The position numbers and the translations under genes were made by a program. Of a stretch of DNA of 64,000 nt, positions 62,979-64,000 are shown in pieces. Numbering within the stretch: the first letter of the stretch is position 1; each line of letters opens with the position of its first letter. This DNA comes from an uncultured Acidobacteriaceae bacterium. GTDB lineage: Bacteria; Acidobacteriota; Terriglobia; Terriglobales; Acidobacteriaceae. The notes beneath the pieces were generated by a model. That model saw only the letters and a program-made list of their open reading frames with translations. It searched no databases and had not been told where the DNA came from. The DNA is taken from the NCBI GenBank assembly GCA_963735215.1, contig CAVTKF010000015.1:572294-636293 (forward strand), written 5' to 3'.

Positions 62979-63624
62979 ATGAAGATCACTCCACAAGACG
63001 TCCTCATCGTCATCGACGTACAAAATGATTTCTGCCCTGGTGGCGCCCTCGCCGTGGCCGACGGTGACGCCATCATTCCGATCATCCATTCCGTTGACGC
63101 CGCGTTTCCAGCACATCATCGTCACGCAGGACTGGCACACCCCCGACCACAACTCCTTCGCCTCGGCCCATCCCGGCAAAAAGCCCTTCGAGCAGATCGA
63201 ACTCCCTTATGGCCCGCAGACCTTATGGCCTGACCATTGCATTCAAGGGAGCAGCGGAGCGGAATTCCACCCCGCGCTTCAACTCACCCACGCCGAACTC
63301 AGCCGAGCCGAGCTTATTTTGCGCAAAGGCTTCCGCCGCGAGATCGACTCGTATTCCGCCTTTTTCGAAAACGACCGCACCACGCAGACCGGTCTCGCGG
63401 GCTACCTGCGTGAGCGCGGCTTCACGCGCGTCTTCCTCGCCGGCCTCGCCTACGACTATTGCGTCGGCTACTCAGCCCTTGATGCCCGCCGCCTCGGTCT
63501 GCCCGCCGTGATTCTCCGCGATGCCTGCCGCGCCATCGACCTCAACGGCTCCGTCGCGGCCATCGAGCGGGAGTTCGCCTCCGCCGGTGTTGAGCTGGTG
63601 AACACCGCCGATCTTTCCAGCTAA
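62979..63624 (+). pseudogene. pncA: nicotinamidase/pyrazinamidase (isochorismatase family), interrupted by one frameshift
   Basis: ORF 62979..63233 gives 'MKITPQDVLIVIDVQNDFCPGGALAVADGDAIIPIIH'. ORF 63025..63624, in the adjacent frame, gives '...LTPRFQHIIVTQDWHTPDHNSFA...LRKG...FLAGLAYDYCVGYSALDA'. The join is near 63088-63096. Confidence 0.75.
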
Positions 63625-63665
63625 CCGCGGCGACGTAAAATCGCATCAGGCCTTTGTCCACGAGC

Positions 63666-63938
63666 ATGTCGCGAAACTTCTACATCCTGGCCGCCGCACT
63701 CGGCTTCTTTGCGCTGCTTTCGGCAGGCATGACCATGATCCCATCGAGCTTCCAACCGGGACTGCCGACCAACGGCTCTCTTTGGAGAACCGTCGCGTTG
63801 CTGATGCTGCTCGCCGGACTCGCCTGCGCCCTTATCGGGGTAATGAGCAACCTGTTTGAGCAGGTGGACCGCCGCAGCGCAGAACAACGCCAGACCGCCC
63901 GTCGTAAACGGCGCGACTCGCACCCACCCAGCGATTGA
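63666..63938 (+). CDS. small two-TM membrane protein, hypothetical
   Basis: 'MSRNFYILAAALGFFALLSAGMTMI' and 'WRTVALLMLLAGLACALIGVM' are hydrophobic segments, followed by a basic C-terminus. No homology recognised. Confidence 0.45.
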   Translation: MSRNFYILAAALGFFALLSAGMTMIPSSFQPGLPTNGSLWRTVALLMLLAGLACALIGVMSNLFEQVDRRSAEQRQTARRKRRDSHPPSD

Positions 63939-64000
63939 CTGCTGATACCAAAGGTTTTGTAGGCGGCGCGGGACCGCGGCGAAGCGGGAAGAACTAAAAT

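Noticed and set aside
1-64000. Mobile element or horizontally acquired island
   Set aside because: No transposase, integrase, phage gene, flanking tRNA or long direct repeat was recognised. Composition looks uniform apart from short AT-richer intergenic stretches.

Overview
Gene-dense, GC-rich chromosomal segment (roughly 58-60% GC by eye). Gene content and two intergenic repeat types look like Acidobacteriota (Terriglobia-like); this is inferred from memory of such genomes, not searched. I recognised no rRNA, tRNA, CRISPR array, transposase or integrase.

Main blocks:
1. 0.8-10.3 kb, minus strand: a 1677-aa periplasmic-propeller hybrid histidine kinase translationally coupled to a CheY-like receiver and a GAF-PP2C phosphatase. 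Downstream are a membrane protein and an isoprenoid-synthase-like protein.
2. 10.6-12.6 kb: Tat-cupin and a TolB-like propeller protein.
3. 12.9-26.6 kb: a consolidated alpha-glucan/trehalose locus (GlgM/GlgA-type GT4, GlgE, TreS-maltokinase fusion, convergent TreY-TreZ). Two uncharacterised genes sit in the middle: a GT-A-like protein without an obvious DXD motif, and a TM-helix-repeat membrane protein.
4. 26.7-35.5 kb: ArsB/NhaD-type permease and DinB. Then a hemicellulose-type set (GH35-like, frameshifted SGNH esterase, CE15 esterase) beside a membrane-spanning protein with a cytoplasmic wHTH-like module and two malectin domains.
5. 35.8-49.2 kb: TPR protein, DUF1800/DUF1501 pair, six-domain Big_2 lipoprotein, barrel-Ig-polyPro-OmpA protein, Asp-box propeller protein, DUF937-TM-OmpA protein.
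6. 49.9-64 kb: orphan NarL-type regulator, DUF1905/YdeI, RlmB, a frameshifted M1-like pseudo-peptidase, APC permease, tandem AhpD-like paralogs, PPK2, Der, an Fe-S DinG-type helicase, an RDD protein and a frameshifted PncA.

Most notable observations:
- The two unknown genes enclosed by the trehalose/glucan genes.
- The malectin transmembrane regulator.
- A REP-like double-hairpin element inserted in frame inside the DinG-like helicase.
- Five frame disruptions concentrated in four accessory genes, while all the very long genes are intact.

All family assignments come from motif recognition by eye and need HMM or structure searches to confirm.
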